The notes under the pieces were generated by a model. The model ran no database searches and had not been told where the DNA came from. It saw nothing but the letters and a program-made list of their open reading frames with translations. From assembly GCF_036365525.1 (NCBI RefSeq), contig NC_090398.1, forward strand, positions 23,800,936-23,864,935: DNA of 64,000 bases, read 5' to 3'. A program made the translations under genes and the position numbers. Shown piece by piece: positions 61,780 to 64,000 of this stretch (positions are counted from its first letter, which is position 1; each line of letters begins with the position of its first letter). This DNA is from Heterodontus francisci (taxonomy: Eukaryota).

Positions 61780-62803
61780 TGTTGTGGATATTGGAGGTCA
61801 ATTATCTCAGACCCAAGGCAGCGCTTCAGGAGTTCCCCCGGGCAGTGCCCGAGGCCTAACCATCTTCAGCTGCTTCAGCAATGACTCTCCCCCTACCATA
61901 AGAAATAGATATGCACACTGATGATTTCACAGTGTTCAGTTCAAATTGCAACTCCTCAGATACTGAAGCAATCCGTGGCCAAATGCAACAATACCTTGAC
62001 AACATTCAGGCTTGAGCTAGCAAGTGACAAGCAACAGTTGCGCCATGCAACTTCAACAAGAGAAAACGTAGTCACCTCCAGTTGCCATTCAACGGCATTA
62101 ACATTTCTGAAATCCTCGACCACTAATCTCCTGGGGCGGGGGAGGGTAGCGGGGTGGGGTCCAAAATTTGACTGGAACAGCCATACAAACAACGTGGCTA
62201 TAACAGCAGGTCGGAAGCTGGCTATTCTACGGTAAGTGAGTCACCTCATGCATTCCAAAAGGTTTTCCAGCATTTCGAAGGCACAAATTAGCACTGTGAT
62301 AGAATATTTTCCAGTTCGTTGATTGAGTGCTTCTCCTAAAACACTCAAGAAGCCGAACATGGTCCAGTGCAAAGCAATCCGCTTGATTGGTACCCCATGC
62401 CCCTCTTTAAAGATTCGCTCCCTTCACTAACCATGCACGGTGTCTGCGGTGTGTAATAGCTTCAAGATTCGCTGCAGCAACTTGCCAAGGCATTTTTGAG
62501 AGGACCCCTCAACCCCTGACCTCTACTGAGAAGAACAAGGGTAACAAGCCATGGGAAAACGGTCGCCTCCAATTTACCCTTCAAAGCAGACACCATCCCA
62601 GCTTGGGAATACATTGCTGGTCCTTCACTGTTGCTGGGTTGAAATCCTCACACTTCCTCTGTAACAGTACTGTGGGATTACATTCATCCACTCTGACTGC
62701 CGCGGTTCAAGAAGATGGCTCACACCCACCTTCTCAAGGACAACGCGGATGGGGAATAAATACTCGCCATTCCTGCGATTCTCAGGTCCCGTCAATTCAT
62801 TAA
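61780..62803 (+). mobile_element. Old family-B LINE
   Basis: SGVPPGS..., WNSHTN..., 3' cttctcaaggacaacgcggatgggg. Confidence 0.75.
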
Positions 62804-63189
62804 ATACCTGTTATTTCGTAATAATCATGTCACCACGCGTGCACATTATCCAAGAAATGACTGCAATGTAAAAGGAAATTTCATTGTAGAGCATTATACT
62901 GTTTTAGTAAAAGGTATTTTACATTGTGCATTGAATGCCTCAATGTGTTAAGTGGACAGAAATTTCCACCAACGATTATTACCTTGTGCTATTCCTTGCT
63001 AAATTGAAAGCATATGACTACCCACCCCTTTTACGCTAGTTCCCCTCGGTGTGGAGGCAGTGGCATTGTGATACTGTCACTAAACTAATAACTCAGATCC
63101 CCAAGTTTAGGCACCAGTGATATGGGGTCAGATTCCCCCACGGCAGATGGTGGGATTTGAAATCAGTTAATAAATCTGGAATTAAAAAG

Positions 63190-64000
63190 GGCGCGAGAGC
63201 TAGGCCAAATAATTATAGGCTGGTCAGTCTGACTCGGTGGTGAGTAAATTATTAGATTCAACTCTGAGGGACAGGATAAACTGCTACTTATTGCATGCAT
63301 TAATTAGGCGTAGTCAACATGGACTTGTTAAGGGAAGGTCATGACTTACTAACTTAATTGAATTATTTGAGGAAGGAACAAGGAGGATGGATGAGGGTAA
63401 TGTAGTGGATGTGGTCTACATGAATTTTAGTAAGGCATTTGACAAGGTCCCATGTGGCAGACTGGTCAGTAAAATGAAAACCCAATGGATGCAGCGGAAT
63501 GTGGCAGGTTGGATCCGAAATTGACTCAGTGACAGGAAGCAATGGGTAGTAGTCGATGGATGGTTTTGTGAATGGAAAACTGTTTCCAGTGGCATTCCAC
63601 AGGGCTCTTGCTGTTTGTGGTAAATATTAATGATTTGGACTTAAATGTGGGAGGCATGATTGGAAAATTAGCTGATGGCACAAAAATTGGTTGTGCAGTT
63701 GATAGTGAAGAGGATGGCTGTAAACTCCAGAATGATATCAATGGTTTGGTTGAGTGGACGGAAAAGTTGCACATTGTATTCAATCCAGAGAAGTGAGATA
63801 ATGCACTTGAAGAGTACAAATGAAGCGAGGGGATACACAATAAATGGGAGGTTATTGCGAAGTGTAAAAGAAGTGAGAGACCTTGGAGTGCATGTCGACA
63901 GATCCCTAAAGGTGGTAGGACAGGTAGATAAAGTGATGAAGAAGGCATATGAAATTCTTTCTTTTATTACCGAAGTATAATTCAAAAGCAGGAATGTAAT
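63190..64000 (+). mobile_element. Decayed CR1 RT fragment
   Basis: ttttagtaaggcatttgacaagg (FSKAFDK), KLADG, DLGVHV. Confidence 0.88.

Overview
Eukaryotic, repeat-rich vertebrate DNA, most likely from a shark or other elasmobranch (inferred from HE1-like V-SINEs and the CR1, RTE and Penelope repeat landscape). One complete spliced NLR (NOD-like receptor) gene can be built by hand on the + strand from 8 coding exons (24641-43929). All introns are GT-AG, all phases are compatible, and the CDS is 2907 nt (968 aa). Architecture: MGNPSSK N-myristoylation motif, 22-aa tandem-repeat linker, CARD-like death fold, NACHT/WHD/HD2, short LRR. A second, similarly built first coding exon (MGNSGSKK..., 59885-60320, phase-1 donor) suggests a tandem paralog running out of the window. 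Upstream lie a CpG-island promoter and a duplicated 5' regulatory module whose two copies expanded different minisatellites. The rest is nested retroelements (CR1, a CR1/L2-group LINE, RTE, Penelope termini with hammerhead-like cores, SINEs, solo LTRs), hAT MITEs and tandem repeats. Most short ORFs in the track are TE or repeat artefacts. All family assignments are from motif recognition, not database searches.
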